A DNA stretch of 63,546 nt, counting the filler, from Octopus bimaculoides (Eukaryota), in assembly GCF_001194135.2 (NCBI RefSeq). It is 5 parts of 5 records of this genome, joined end to end, with 100 filler letters (N's around TTAATTAATTAA, not from the genome) between each part and the next. Parts side by side here need not be neighbours in the genome. Positions count along the whole stretch, not along the records: positions 59,081 to 63,546 come from NC_069004.1; 4 more parts are not named here. The stretch is one strand, 5' to 3'. Positions 62,836-63,546 of this stretch are shown here, in pieces (the stretch's first letter is position 1; each line of letters opens with the position of its first letter). Below the pieces are notes generated by a model. It was not told the origin of the DNA. It made no database searches and was given only the letters and a program-made list of their open reading frames with translations. A program made the translations under genes and the position numbers.

Positions 62836-63546
62836 AATGAGATCACTATCATTTCAATTCTTCAAATTTTACCCCTTTCCAGTTTCCAAAATGCTTAAAG
62901 GCTTCTTTTCCATCAAAGAACTTCAAAGTCTCACTATCAGGTAGATCATTTCCACCAAGGAATTCTATGATCTTCATCCACGCTTCTTTTCTTATCATAA
63001 GTTACTCTTAAAGAATGAAAAAGAAAAAAAAGCTGGGGGGAAGATTTGCCAAATATATTGGTCGTGCACTCGGATCGAACCCGAAACCAAGAACGAGAAT
63101 CCTAGCAGTCTTAACCACACAGGTTTTCCTAGCCGTGCTATGTGCTTAAGTGGAGCAATTAAATGGAAGCCAACCTCGCTCACTTGTAAACTGTTGGTGA
63201 GAATTAGGAGTCCGGCATGACGTGACAAAGATTATATAACGGTGTCAGATAATACGATTATAAACCACCCCAACTCACCCCACCCCAAAAAAAGAAAGCC
63301 CAGTTACACTATTATAAAACATCACACACACACGCACACGTATTTTGATAGAGTGTCATACAACCGCTTGTTCTATCCAAGTCGACATATTTCTGGGTGC
63401 TGGAGACGTAGAAAAATGCTTCGAGTATGCAAATAAACAGGTCTGAATTTTAATTATATGCCTTCTGCCATTCTTCCTATCCCCAACTGCTTATATGTGT
63501 ATGAGTGTGTATGTATATGTAGATATATATATAAGTATATATATAT

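Overview
Repeat-saturated, AT-rich eukaryotic DNA from a gapped draft scaffold; roughly a fifth of the window is N. The very high microsatellite density and the CORE-type tRNA-derived SINE families suggest a cephalopod, probably Octopus (inference, not verified). I recognise no host protein-coding exon, rRNA, intact tRNA or CRISPR array; almost all listed ORFs are microsatellite or N-spanning artefacts. Supported content: (i) decayed DNA transposons: a Tc1 relic, a full-length mariner with TIRs and TA TSD, a DD37D/maT relic, and small MITE/foldback elements; (ii) LINE-like relics: Penelope-like RT, three R4/Dong-type restriction-like-endonuclease 3' ends, and a CR1-type RT; (iii) many copies of four SINE families that I label A-D for convenience, often nested, chimeric or arrayed in (ATT)n; (iv) most notably, several type I hammerhead-ribozyme folds with palindromic stem III, the architecture typical of Penelope-associated hammerheads: two dispersed copies of one family (14028-14097 +, 57102-57172 -), a second family at 59104-59192 (-), and a third motif inside a 530-bp foldback (59492-60021). 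Repeat boundaries are by eye and approximate (about +/-20 bp) unless a TSD or TIR is quoted.
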